The notes under the pieces are model-generated. The model did no database searches. It was not told the origin of the DNA and worked only from the letters and a program-made list of their open reading frames with translations. Shown here in pieces: positions 1-11,934 of a stretch of 64,000 bases of DNA. The translations under genes and the position numbers were made by a program. The stretch is from contig OX597816.1 of NCBI GenBank assembly GCA_951406725.2, forward strand, positions 20,212,001 through 20,276,000, in the 5' to 3' direction. Source of the stretch: Octopus vulgaris (taxonomy: Eukaryota). Position 1 is the first letter of the stretch, and each line of letters starts with the position of its first letter.

Positions 1-255
1 AACCCCAAAGAATCCCTCTCAACACATGGCTATGATGCTCCCCCACTACTTTTGCTCGTGATCAGAGATGCACATATCGTCAGGGTCATGCTCAACTGGT
101 TAAGGTCAAACAACTGACATTCAAATCTATGGTATTGAGCAGAATATTTGCTGTAGCCCATCTTTTATACCAAGACAAAACAATGTACATGATAACACTT
201 CCAATCAGTTAAGATCAGAAGCCATGAGAGCCATTGCCTGGTACTGCATCAGGGC

Positions 256-258
<3 letters not shown>
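1..258 (-). mobile_element. Non-coding interspersed element bounded by (TTA)n (copy 1, runs off window start)
   Basis: Bases 1-204 are near-identical to 62608-62820 and abut the (TTA)n tract at 259. Strand is inferred from truncation of the other copy. Confidence 0.7.

Positions 259-318
<60 letters not shown>
259..318. repeat. (TTA)n microsatellite
   Basis: Direct reading. Confidence 0.98.
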
Positions 319-322
<4 letters not shown>

Positions 323-761
323 TAGTTTTATTTTTTATAGCGTGCTTTCACTTCACTACCGAGCGCAGCTCTGTGTGCCTTGGGTATGTGCTGTGATTTG
401 TTGTGATGCTCTGATGGTTATTGCATGGAAAGTGTTCTGCGTAGGATGTGTGCAGTGCCTAGTAGTGCAATTTTCTGTATGTTATATGTGTTTGTAAGTC
501 CTGGTGCTTTTGTTATGTATTTGTCTGAATATTTTTTTATCATGCCTAATGCACCTACTATGATAGGAATTGTTTCTGATTTTAGATTCCACATTCTGGT
601 TACCTCTATTTCCAGGTCTTTGTATTTTGAAAGTTTCTTCATTTCTTTTAGAGACACGTTGTGATCAGCCGGTATTGATACATCAATTAGAAAGCATTTT
701 TTTTCTTCATGATCTTTGACAACTATATCTGGTCTGTTGGCCTTAATTTCTCTATCTGTGT

Positions 762-762
<1 letters not shown>
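319..762 (-). mobile_element. R4/Dong-clade non-LTR retrotransposon, 5'-truncated 3' end (restriction-like endonuclease + 3'UTR)
   Basis: ORF 418..897 contains NRPDIVVKD...LIDVSIP...KLSKYKDL...PIIVGALG (PD..D..K RLE motif). Stop at 418, ~100 nt UTR, flanked on both sides by (TAA)n. Confidence 0.9.
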
Positions 763-811
<49 letters not shown>

Positions 812-821
812 GTTATTATTA

Positions 822-872
<51 letters not shown>
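763..872. repeat. (TTA)n microsatellite
   Basis: Direct reading. Confidence 0.98.
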
Positions 873-874
<2 letters not shown>

Positions 875-2942
875 GGTTTTCTTGTCTTCCTCCCCAAGCG
901 TTAGTGTTCTGAAAGATTCCTATTAATGGTGTTAAAACTGTACTGGACAACTGAAGTGCCAGGCTTTTAATGGCTTCGAGTTGAGTTCAATTTTTAGTAA
1001 TACTCCTTTCGTAATTTTCCTTCATAGTAGCGTGTTGTATACCATCTCCTTCGTAATTACAGCTTTCTTGTGGGTCAAGCTCCTTGCTGGTAGCGTCAGT
1101 ATTTGATTTAATGGAAGCTTTTTGCTTCAGCATTCCCCTTATAAAAGTTGCTTTTGTACACTTTTCAAGACCATATTCTGCCCCAATATCATTGCTGAAC
1201 TCTTCAAAAATTGTTAGCAGCCCTACTAGCTCTTCGTCATTTCTAGCAAACATCTTCAGATCGTCCATATAAAACAGATGATTTGCTATGTTACTATACA
1301 TTTTGAACCCATGCCTGGTGTTACACAGTTCATTTTAGAGTGGGATAAGTGCCATGCAAAAGAGTAATGGGGAGAACGAGTCACCTTGAAAGATACTTCG
1401 TTTGATGTTGATGTTGTTAGATTGGATTATCCTATTACTATGGTATAGAAGGTGACGCGTAATTGACTTCTTACTGTCTAAGAATTTGGTGTCGGCCGTA
1501 AAGATCTTGAATATCTCAATGTCCTGGAATAGCCAAATATGTGGGGCGTTATCAAACCTTTTCCTGTTGTCTGTCCATGCCATACTCCGGCAATTCTGTA
1601 CAATCATTTCGTTTATGAGTAATTGATCTTTGCATACATAAGAATTCATTTTACAACCTTTTCGACCTCGTGGAAGAATAGAGTTCAGCTCCTGGAAAGT
1701 ATATATTCTTTCAGAGAGTAAGGATTTGAAAATCTCGTTGGTGGTATTGAGACATGGTCGATAGTTCTTTGAATTTTTCTTGTCTTCAGTTTTTGGTAGA
1801 AGGTATGTTGTTCAGCCAGGGAGGTAATTGCTCTGGGTTCTGGATGACATCATTTAGGGATGCAGCAAAACTTTGGTGTACTTCTGTCGAACAATTCAGC
1901 CAGAAGTTATGGATCCAGTCCAGTCCTGGGGTTCTCCATGTCTGAGAATTTCTAAGGACGCATCTTAACTCTACGATTCTTTTCGCCTTCCATTTTTTGC
2001 TCTTCAACTTCATCCAGCCTCACTTTCTCACTTTTTATCCAGTGAGCTCTAACATTATTTTTTTTTTTTGTTGTTGCTCTATATCCTCTTCCAGAACTCT
2101 TCCATTTCCTCCGTCTCAGGTTGCTCCTTTATTCCTATCTTATTTTGTCTGTTTCCATATAAAATTTCTTTGCATCCTATTGAATAGCTTATATTGTCGA
2201 TGAAAATTGATATTTTTCTTTTTGACATAACTTCTATTCCGTTGGGTTTTCAGCTGTATTCGTTGTTTCACTAGTTCCTTTGATTTTATACTTTTGCAGG
2301 ATTTTTCTAGCGTGTTTCGTCTTAGCATTTACTCCTCTAGCAATTTCATCGAGAAGTGATACATCCACCCACAAAAATTCGATCACTTTTTGCATTGCTA
2401 CTTTCCACTTAAGAGGTCTATTGACATGATTGGTCCCTTTCTGTGTCGTCCTGATACCTAAATGAGTACTTACAACCTAAGCAGTGGAATACATGAGGTT
2501 GTTTAAGATAGATCATTTCCCTTATTTCTTAAGATCAGTCTAAGATGAATATTATATATCATGATTACTTTGCTATTTTTTAATGCTTTTTAAGAACTTT
2601 GGTAGCGTTTCTCCATTGATTAAGTCAATAAACTCAGTCTTGTTGAGTTCTCTCATAATATATTCTTTTGCTTATAGCATCGCCTCTTTATTATTCAACT
2701 TAGATTCTGTGTCATATCTATTCTGGCGTTTGTGAGGTAGGTCTACTTTCTCCTCTTTTTTTTTTTGCATAACTCTTCTTCGCTGTTCTTTCTTCAGCCT
2801 CCTCGTTGGAATGTACTGCTCGCACACTGGGTTATGTGCATCTGTTCCTTATTTCATCTGTATTGTTGCTGTTTTCATTTGGTCTACCATGAGATATTTG
2901 TGTCCTAATTTGGCTAATTTCAGCGTCAGTTAACCTTTTATA
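873..2942 (-). mobile_element. Degenerate R4/Dong-clade LINE, RT region and N-terminal part
   Basis: Broken ORFs with WRTPGLDWIHNFW, IFQGDSFSPLLFCMALIPL, NHLFYMDDLKMFA, and KRLTDAEISQIRTQIS near 2890-2940. Confidence 0.88.
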
Positions 2943-2947
2943 CTTAA

Positions 2948-3341
2948 CTAGCAGTATCGCCCGGCGTTGCTCGGGTTTGTAAGGGAAATAATTATATAAG
3001 CATTTTTAGAGATGTAAAGTATAATAGCCATCTCAATATGGCTAACCACAAAGGGGAGGGGTGTTACTGTAGCTTTTTACGTTCTGAGATTTAATAATAA
3101 ATTTTAGAGAGTTACTTCCCTTATATATGTCAAAAATGGATTAAAAATGGGAAAAATTGATGGTAATTTTTTTTTTAAATCGTAGACTCAACGTAGACGC
3201 GCGCTAATACCCAGACGGTCTCGATATGAATCACGACTATAAGATACCCGGTTTTGGTTAAACTGCACCGCAAAATGTGGGAGTAGTTAGGAATCTAAAT
3301 CGTAGGAGACAGACACACAACCTCACTTTTATGTATAAAGA
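2948..3341 (-). mobile_element. Non-autonomous Helitron
   Basis: Minus strand starts TC (TCTTTATACAT) and ends with hairpin CCCGAGCAACGCCGGG then CTAG; inserted between A and T. Confidence 0.85.
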
Positions 3342-3439
3342 TTTCCTCTATTTACATAATATTGAGGTCTCTTTCTTTCTTTTGTTATCTTACTGTTTTT
3401 ACCAATATACATATATATATATATATAAATATATATATA

Positions 3440-3762
3440 GTTACAGAGATGTACTTGCATAGCAAGTGACTTGATCTGAGATCGTGTGCTGGAACGAAAA
3501 CAGTTGCAGCGTTGAAGGTGTTTATAAGCCATTTAAGAAACACACAAAAACCGTTAGATTCACTTCAACATTTAAATTTAATTTGTCAAAATATTTTCGT
3601 CGCTTTGAGACCGCGACCTGTTAGCACGATATTTTTGTCAGTGAACAGGTCGCGGTCTCAAAGCGACGAAAATATTTTGGCAAATTAAATTTAAATGTTG
3701 AAGTGAATGTAACGGTTTTTGTGTGTTTCTTAAATGGCTTAGAAACACCTTCCAGGCTGCAA
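3440..3762. mobile_element. Fold-back element in (TA)n carrying a hammerhead-like motif
   Basis: Inverted arms ~3504-3623 and ~3644-3761, flanked by TA repeats. Confidence 0.75.
3634..3684 (+). ncRNA. Minimal type I hammerhead ribozyme-like motif, G3-C8 variant
   Basis: TTTGTCA GTGAACA G GTCGC-ggtctcaaa-GCGAC GAAA ATAT TT TGGCAAA: stem I, core, stem II, GAAA, palindromic stem III, UH. Confidence 0.65.
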
Positions 3763-3849
3763 TATATATATACACACATATATATATATATGTATGTATG
3801 TATGTATGTGTGTATATGTGTATGCATGTATGTGTGTGTGTGTGCGTGT

Positions 3850-4062
3850 CTGTGCTTGTGATTGTCCTCCACCACTGCTTGACAACGAATGTTGGTTTGT
3901 TTACATCCCTGTCACCTAGTGGTTTGACAAAGGAAACAGATAGAATAAGTACAATGCTTACAGAAATAAAACTGGAGTTGATTCATTAAACTACAATTCT
4001 TCAAGGCATTGCCCCAGCATGGCCACAGACCAATGACTGGAAAAAGCAGAAGAATAAAAGAA
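3850..4062 (+). mobile_element. SINE family E, 3' half
   Basis: GCTTGACAAC...GATAGAATAAGTAC...GCCCCAGCATGGCCACAG...TGACTG tail as in 32545-32937. Confidence 0.75.
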
Positions 4063-4128
4063 TACATTCTCTGCTTTGGTCTTATGTTCAAGGCATGAGA
4101 AAGCTTGAGTTTACATGAGAAGCCTAAC

Positions 4129-4605
4129 AGACCTGGTAGAAACAGCAGCCAAATCTCCCTCAAATCACACCTTACTGTCTTATGTATGTATATATATGAG
4201 CCAATGAGGGGGACCTCTACATGGTAGCTAGACCTGGTAGAAATAGCAGCCAAATTTCCCCCAAATCACACCTTACTGTCTTATCTATGTATATATGTAT
4301 GTATGAGCCTATGAGGGAGACCCCTACATGGCAGCTAGACCTGGTAGAAATAGCAGCCACATTTCCCCCAAATCACACCTTACTGTCTTATCTATGTATA
4401 TATGTATGTATGAGCCTATGAGGGAGACCCCTACATGGCAGCTAGACCTGGTAGAAATAGCAGCCAAATTTCCCCCAAATCACACCTTACTGTCTTATCT
4501 ATGTATATATGTATGTATGAGCCTATGAGGGAGACCCCTACATGGCAGCTAGACATGGTAGAAATAGCAGCCAAATCTCCCTCAAATCACACCTTACTGT
4601 CTTAT
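4129..4605. repeat. Minisatellite, ~107 bp unit x ~4.5
   Basis: AGACCTGGTAGAAATAGCAGCCAAAT recurs at ~4129, 4230, 4337, 4444 and 4551. Confidence 0.95.
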
Positions 4606-4899
4606 CTTTCTGCTACTTGGATATAGGTGTTATATTCGTCGTAAAAAAATTTCGTGTCACACACTCACGCACACGCACACACACACACACACACGCACCC
4701 TCACACACACACACACGCGCACACCCACACACACCCACTCACACACACGCACGTTAGCTTACAATTTTATTTATATATTTGCGTGTCTATGTGTTGAAAG
4801 AGGAAGTGGGAGGCAGAGTGAAAGAATCACTCACTACAGTAAGTCAATTACTTTCATTGTATTCGTTGCCCACTGTGTGTGTGCGTTTGCGTGTGCTGT

Positions 4900-5120
4900 A
4901 AACCAGACTAAGAAAAGCATTTGACACACACACCAGAATGTGAGTTTTCTGTAAATTTTGCTTAATTGGAGTTTAAATTTTAAAAACTGGACCTGGCATG
5001 ACGCGATGCATTGTACTCTTAAAAATGCAAGGTAAATTGTAATTGAAGAAATCCTATATTGTAGATTTGTATAACTCCCAAAGGGAGGCAGATAAAATCT
5101 GCCTTTTATAATAAGAGATG
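4900..5120. mobile_element. Dispersed repeat fragment (family J; related copy 49556-49990)
   Basis: Shares TTTTGCTTAATTGG...GAAGAAAT.CTATATTGTAGA...GGCAGA.AAAATCTGCCTTTTAT.ATAAGAGA with 49780-49965. Confidence 0.65.
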
Positions 5121-5124
5121 ATGT

Positions 5125-5590
5125 ATCTATGTACATTATTTAATTTATTCGCGTCTATATATCTACATACTTTGTTGCCTACAAAGTTTCGCCATGAACT
5201 GTATGATTCGACGATGGCGTTATTGCTTGAGGTTTCTTGAATTGTATAGAAAGCTTTCAACACATCTCTATAATCATGTCTGGGTCATTTTATGCGTTTT
5301 GCTTTAGGAGATGTTTTTGGTATTATCACTATAGGTTTAGGATTCGGGTTATCCTGGTTCAGTTTAACTGGTAGTTCATTTTATTATTTCTTTGAGATTT
5401 TGCTCCCGCAGCAGATTGTCCGACACCGTTTTGTTCCCAACTGGATAATACGGTCCTTGTTCTTAGCAATGACCGATCCGGCATGAGTTTTGACTTGTCA
5501 TTAAAACATTAACAGTTAGAACAGGAGACGGGTCTGTTTGTCCAAGGTTGACTATTTGACATGACACCGTTTCCTTGTTCTTCGAATGGA
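5125..5590 (-). mobile_element. Probable 5' coding end of the Dong-like LINE at 873-2942
   Basis: DYRDVLKAFYTIQE...YSSWRNFVG...YIDANKLNNVHRYI resembles the R4/Dong N-terminal region and would run into KRLTDAEI at 2940. Confidence 0.55.
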
Positions 5591-6131
5591 TATATTTATC
5601 ATATCGTAGGCTGATAGATCGAACATTTTTGATACGGTTTCCATTGAGAATACTATAAATATATTGACATGGGTCATATACATTTATTGTGATATTTCTG
5701 TATTTTAAATATATTTTCTAACTTCGGTTGTGTACATCAATTAATCAACAATAAATATTTAGAAATTTGGTGCATTTATTTTATCGTTCTTAATTAAAAA
5801 CAGTTCTGGTTGCTTATTAATTTGTCATAATACTTTAATAATTAATTCTACTTTATTTTGTGCCAAAAATATAACCATTAGTCTTTATTCAAACTAAATC
5901 ACTAATTGTAAATTAATTGGAGCTAAGATATATAACTTTTTCTATGTACAAATGAAATTATGTTGCAAAATGTAATATAAAAACTTCAAGTTCGACTCGT
6001 GATTTATCTACCTAATAACAATGAACAGGATAAAGGAAAAACACTTTAAAACGTGGTTAACACTTTCTACGTTGTTTGGGAAAAAAGTTTTATGAAAATT
6101 TAACACTGGCACAATGATATTATACACACAA

Positions 6132-6175
<44 letters not shown>

Positions 6176-6261
6176 TGTTTTAGTGGGTAATTATTTCATA
6201 TATTAATATAATTCGGAGGCGAATACTTACAAATTTTAAAACGACAAATTTATATGTTATT

Positions 6262-6492
6262 TATTTCTTTATTGCCCACAAGGGGCTAAACATAGAGGGG
6301 ACAAACAAGGACAGACAAACGGATCAAGTCGATTACATCAAATCCAGTGCATAACTGGTACTTAATTTATCGACGCCGAAAGGATGAAAGGCAAATTCGA
6401 CCTCGGCGGAATTTGATCTCAGAACGTAGCGACAGACGAAATACTGCTGAGAATTACGCCCGGCGTGCTAACGATTCTGCCAGCTCGCCGCC
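6262..6492 (-). mobile_element. tRNA-derived SINE family A
   Basis: GGCGGCGAGCTGGCAGAA head, GCCTTTCATCCTTTCGG.GTCGATAAA central domain; flanking direct repeat ACAAATT(T/C)ATATGTTATTT. Confidence 0.9.
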
Positions 6493-7343
6493 ATAAACAA
6501 ATTCATATGTTATTTTGCCTCCTATGTATCCATTCAAACACTATGAACTGATTATCATAAATCTTTTATGGAATGTTTGACCTTTGTGTGACGGAAAGTG
6601 AAACCTTATCACAGATTGCAAGGCTAAGGGCTTATTTGAAAGTTTAGAAAGGCTGGCATTTGCAAATTTCACGCAATAAACTAAAATCTATTTGGCTACT
6701 TAGTACAGGTTACTTAAAACTGCGTATTTAAGACATTCTAAATTATTGAATCATTTATTTGTTGAAATAACGTAAAAACATATCATAAACAATGTTGCCA
6801 GGAAACCTTCATATATAACTAGAATGAAAATGAAGATGAAATATTCAATTACAGTCATAAAAGATCTGACAGAAAACACAAAATTAAACTGACATAATCA
6901 AACAGATTGCTCTCGAAATAAAATATCTAAACAAAATTATTAATTCAAAAGCACATTTTGTCAACAATAAAAGCAATAATTTCATAATGATGGAATACCG
7001 AACCTTTTGTAATGTCTGAAACTACTAAGAAGCACCAAGTATTCATTGTAGGAGAAATAAACAATTGTTTTTCTAATGAAAATAAAAATTACTCATGAAT
7101 ATAGCTAATATTATCTTTAAAAAAAAAACAAATATAAAGGCAAGTGGATCCTAGAAACACTGGAAATTTTAGCTCATAAATATTAATTGATATCAATAGC
7201 AATGCCTAAGTGAAATTAGTTGCGTTATACCAGATGAGAATGTTACCATCCTGTAGCACAGATTTAGTTGTAGAAAACAATAAAATCTTGTGTATGTGAT
7301 TACATCATATACGCCCTGAATTTCCAATTAAAACTTTCGAAAA

Positions 7344-7386
<43 letters not shown>

Positions 7387-7387
<1 letters not shown>

Positions 7388-8675
7388 GAGGGACGTTCAA
7401 TAAGTAATGCCTCTGACCCACTTGCATTTGTTTGATCTAGCTGACATTTTGCATGTGCAATCATTTATATCTCTATAGAGTAAGTGGCAAATTACAGCTC
7501 TGAATTAATTGTGGTTTCTGATTTACAGGTGTTTGAACCGAGTCAAGTGTGAAATAGAGCCTGTTGAGTGTCGAGCAGTGATCCGGTTTTTGTATTTGAA
7601 AGGACGCACACCACGGGAGACTTTTGATGAAATGAAAGTAACTTATGGTGATGATGCCCCATCATGTGACCTTGTAAAAGCTGGCATCGTGAATTCAAAC
7701 ATGGTCGGAACTCTGTAGAAACCGCTCCCAGATCTGGTCGCCCCCTTCTGCCATTGATGAGGCATCTGTCCGTCAAGTTGAGGCTGCCATTTTGGGAGAT
7801 CGACGCATAATTATTCGCCAAATAGCCCATGAGGTCAAAATTAGTACCGGGTCTGTGGAAACTATCATTCATGACCATTTGCATATGCAAAAGGTGTCTG
7901 CCAGATGGATTCCCAGGTTGCTCACGCCTTTCCAGAAGCAAGAACGCGTCGAGTGCTCGAGGATGAATTTGGAGATGTGCCAAGAAGATGAGTCAAAATT
8001 TTTAAAAAGACTGATTACACAGGATGAAACCTGGGTCCATCACGATGATCCAGAGACCAAAGCCCAGTCAATGCAGTGGAAGCACCGTGACTCACCCCCT
8101 CCAAAGAAGGCAAGGGTACAGCCCTCCGCTGGCAAGGTCATGCTCACAGTCTTCTGGGACCAGGACGGAGTAGTGATGACAGATTTCCTGGCAAAGGGTA
8201 CCACAATTGCAGGAGCCTATTATGCTTCACTTTTGAGGAAATTAAGAGAAATTATCAAAATCAAGAGGCGGGGCAAGATCAGCAAAGGCATCCTCCTCCT
8301 GCAGGACAACGCTCCGGTCCACAACTCGTTTGTCGCCAGATCAGAAGCACAGGCGTATGGCTATGAACTCCTCCCCATCCCCCTACTTTCCTGACCTTGC
8401 ACCCTCTGATTTTCACCTCTTCCCAATCATGAAGTTGTTTTTGAAAGGAAAGCGTTTCCCAGATGATGCAGCCTTGATTTCTGAAGTCACGTTGAGGTTG
8501 GAGGACCAAGCTGGGTTCTTCTACAAAAACGGTCTCCAGAACCGCATCAAACGATGGGAGAAATGCGTAACTCTGGCTGGTTCCTGTGTAGAAAATGACT
8601 AATAACTGTGCCAAGTTTTGTTGCTTTACTGCTATGGGAAGTGGGTCAGGGGCACTACTTATTGAACGCCCCTGG
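7387..8675 (+). mobile_element. mariner transposon, near full length, frameshifted transposase
   Basis: ~37 bp TIRs (CGAGGGACGTTCAATAAGTAATGCC... and its reverse complement at 8639-8675), TA flanks. Confidence 0.95.
7549..8602 (+). pseudogene. mariner D,D34D transposase (2 frameshifts)
   Basis: RAVIRFLYLKG HTH start, WIPRLL, TQDETWV, QDNAPVH, YFPDLAPSDF motifs spread over three frames. Confidence 0.92.
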
Positions 8676-8690
8676 TATATATATATATAT

Positions 8691-8912
8691 CAGGTCAGTC
8701 GCCATGATAGATCGTTAGCCACTACACAAATTGTTTCTCTCCTTTTTTTTCTCTCCTCGTTTCTCTCCTTGTTTTTTCTGTGTCCCTTTCTGTAGAAGAG
8801 CGCAGGCTCGAAACGTAAAAGACTTTTTTCTATTCCTGAGCGTTATACTAATACATTTGTTTGTTTTGTACACCACCTGTCTTCGTCTTTTGTTTTTTTC
8901 GTAAACTCTCCT
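8691..8912 (+). mobile_element. Short (TA)n-flanked element family G with hammerhead-like motif (copy 1)
   Basis: Aligns with 50245-50430; TA repeats on both sides. Confidence 0.75.
8786..8821 (+). ncRNA. Hammerhead-like motif with non-canonical CUGUAGA core
   Basis: CTTT CTGTAGA A GAGC-gcag-GCTC GAAA CG TA AAAG. Confidence 0.5.
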
Positions 8913-8979
<67 letters not shown>

Positions 8980-9016
8980 TTATGTATGTATGTATGTATG
9001 TATGTATATATATATA

Positions 9017-9360
9017 CACGAGACCAGTCTGCGGAGCCAATGTTGCCAACAACTACTGGATCACCTACTTCCTCTCAATGTTCATATGCCTTCTGATAAA
9101 AATGTACCCAGATGTGTGTGACCTCACAGAGGACTTCCTCAGCAGAATCAATGTGTGCAACCATGCCCATAACCTAACGGGATGCATAATAGGTAATAAG
9201 GACGTAGTGTCCCTACACCCTTGCATTGATGCTGAATTTGCTGTGGAGAAAGGTGTGGCGGTGATCGGCGAGAGTGATAAGGAGTTCAGTTGTGTTGACA
9301 CTGAACAACTAGGCCTCCTCCTTAGAATGACATGCAACAACGATTACATTGATCAATAAG
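9017..9360 (+). pseudogene. Penelope-like element reverse transcriptase fragment
   Basis: TRPVCGA...DLTEDFLSRI...IIGNKDVVSLHPCID resembles PLE RT motifs RPV and SxDVxSLYPSI. Confidence 0.7.
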
Positions 9361-9431
9361 AGATATGCACCACACTATAACCGCTATATCCATGAAGAAC
9401 CCCAAAGAGGACCACTACGCCGTATGCCCGT

Positions 9432-9715
9432 GGCATATGGCGTAGTGGTTAAGAGTGCGGACTGCTAACTCCAAGATTCCGAGTTCGAATCTAGGCACTG
9501 ACCTTAATAATAATAAAAAGTACATCAAAAAATACTTTAGGAATGAGAACTGAGGTTCAAAATTTCCCCCAAGTCACCTGATGAGGGCTGGAGGGTATAT
9601 CAGCCGAAACGTTGTGTTAACAACAAACAAGATGAGGACAAATATCCATCAAATATAAATATTGTAAATAAATGTAAATAATATACATAATTTCTCATCT
9701 CTTAAATATAGAAAT
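9432..9715 (+). mobile_element. Family F module: tRNA-like head + short repeat + hammerhead-bearing tail
   Basis: A box TGGCGTAGTGG, B box GTTCGAATC; related copies at 27110-27435 (+) and 26665-26787 (-). Confidence 0.8.
9573..9618 (+). ncRNA. Minimal type I hammerhead ribozyme, canonical core
   Basis: CAC CTGATGA G GGCTG-gagggtatat-CAGCC GAAA CG TT GTG. Confidence 0.75.
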
Positions 9716-11934
9716 GTATGGAGGCTCGATTACTAGTATAGAGGTTAAAGTGTTATCGACACAGAACTGACACGAAACTTAGACAGATCACAGAGGCTAA
9801 ACACATAACAGTAGACAGACCGAGCCTCAATAGAAAAAAGGAATGCAACGGGAAAACCCACTACCACACCACATTATTAAAGACAGTTGGAATGAGAAGA
9901 CAGAGGGAAAAAGAAAATCGTAAATAATACACAGGGTAATACACACATAATAGACATATATGCACTTTACTCCGATACTTATGAGAGACAGAGATAGCTG
10001 TATAAGAAAATAAATAAAAAATATATAAATAAATAAATATATAAATATATTTCTTACATAACTGTGATGAATATGGGGTATAAAGATATATAAAATAAAT
10101 AAATAAAACTATATAAAGGGCATGGATACATACAGTATACGAAGCTAACCCACTCACACACACAGACACATGAAATTTCATGGAATGCCATAATACAATC
10201 AACAATATAACTAACATCAGCAGCACTGGCGGTGTCAAAGATGGCAATAACAACAACTACCACGAGGGGTGAACACACGTACATAGAGGAATTCGGGAAA
10301 TGCACCATATTATTTTTCGGATCTTAGCTCAGCAGCAGTACAATGGAGTGAGACGATGGGGGCTGAGGTGAACGCCACACTGCTGTTAAAAACTATGACA
10401 AGCATACACTATTGTCAGAAAATAATTAGCACCCTTGATTTGCTCTTCACTCAAGGTATGTGCTGTCACCTAGTGGCCATATCTCGAACTATTGCTTTGT
10501 TGCGAGTTCACTGTTGTGCAGAACGATGACGTAACTTTGTTTGCAGAGCAGTTTGAGAGTCTACAGCCTTATGATGTTGACGTAGCAGTGCAACAACTTG
10601 GAGTGCGGATGCAGACAAATCTTCCTTTGTTTAATAGATATAGGTAGCGCCTCGCAAGGACCGAAATCACACCATACTAACTTTTCTCATCGCGTAAGAC
10701 GTTTTGAACAGCTCATAAGGTTAATTGATTTAACCTATTTAATGTAGAAATTTGAGAAGTGCTAATTAATTTCTGACGCAAGTGTACACACACGAAAACG
10801 AAAAGTGTCGAACACACACAAAAACGAAAAGTGTCGCTGAAGAGGTCATGGATGTGTGACGAATGATTTTTCAACAATGGACATGAGTTAAAATAATGAA
10901 ATAAAAACAGTAACAAACGGGTGAAGAAAAAATATATAACGCTTGTGTTTATTTGGCAAAATTAAAGAACATCCCGAAATACAGTATATATATATAAAGC
11001 TTAATGGGTAATGACCCACTTCGGTCATGGATGACCATGGGATTGCACCTAGAAAATTCCACTCCGCAGCACAATTCCATGCGGTTACCGTGCTTCTTCT
11101 TAATTCAATTCTCGATGCTGGCTAAGCATATGATACTCATGGTGCCAATAGTCCTCATGCAAAACATTTTATTCATTAAATTTGCTGATTCCTTCAGTTT
11201 CAGTTCGAAACGGCAGAGTGTAAGGACCCTGTTGAAACGGCACCGGCCATGACACCAGGTTGCATACCCAACAATGTGTAGCTTGTATAGCCGAAACGCA
11301 CATAGGTTCAGTAAAGGGGCTGTAAATAACTGTATAATAAAATTCTGGATGTGAAAATCTCCGTTCTCCTTAGCATTATTAGTAGTATACACATACACAC
11401 GCACACACACACACATTTTATCAATAAAGTAATAAATACATCACAAAAACTGTTACTCGGAGATTCACGTTCACGTTTTTCAGGCAATTTTGGTTGAGAA
11501 TGGAACGAAAATAAGGTTATATTTATATTTATAAGTATACAATTACTTTGATAGATACACATTTGAAACTGGTTTTGTTTCATTGGTCCTTTTCAACGGA
11601 CGGCCTTTTAAATAACCGGTTATATTAAATTCAAATTAAGATTTAAAATCATATTTAAAATAAAAGAAAACCTTAAATCAAAAATTAGCTTTCTCAATTA
11701 AAACTCCGACGATCGAAAACGTGAAATTCCGAGTGGCAATTATCGTGATGATTTGCAGCTTTATTAATAAGTATATTACTCTACCTCTGGTATTCGAGTA
11801 TTATTTTTTCCACCTTCTTTCGCAATTAAGTGCTTACTCTGGTTGCTTGACCGCTAAATCAATTTTTTTTTTTCATTCTCTCTCTGCTTATTTTCTCTTA
11901 CTCCTTTCTGAAAGGAAAAGTATAAAAGTGTGTT

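Noticed and set aside
4129-4605. CRISPR-like periodicity
   Set aside because: The inter-repeat segments are near-identical and the context is eukaryotic; it is a minisatellite
10832-10876. CTGAAGA G GTCA...TGAC GAAT hammerhead-like string
   Set aside because: GAAA is broken, and stems I and III are unconvincing
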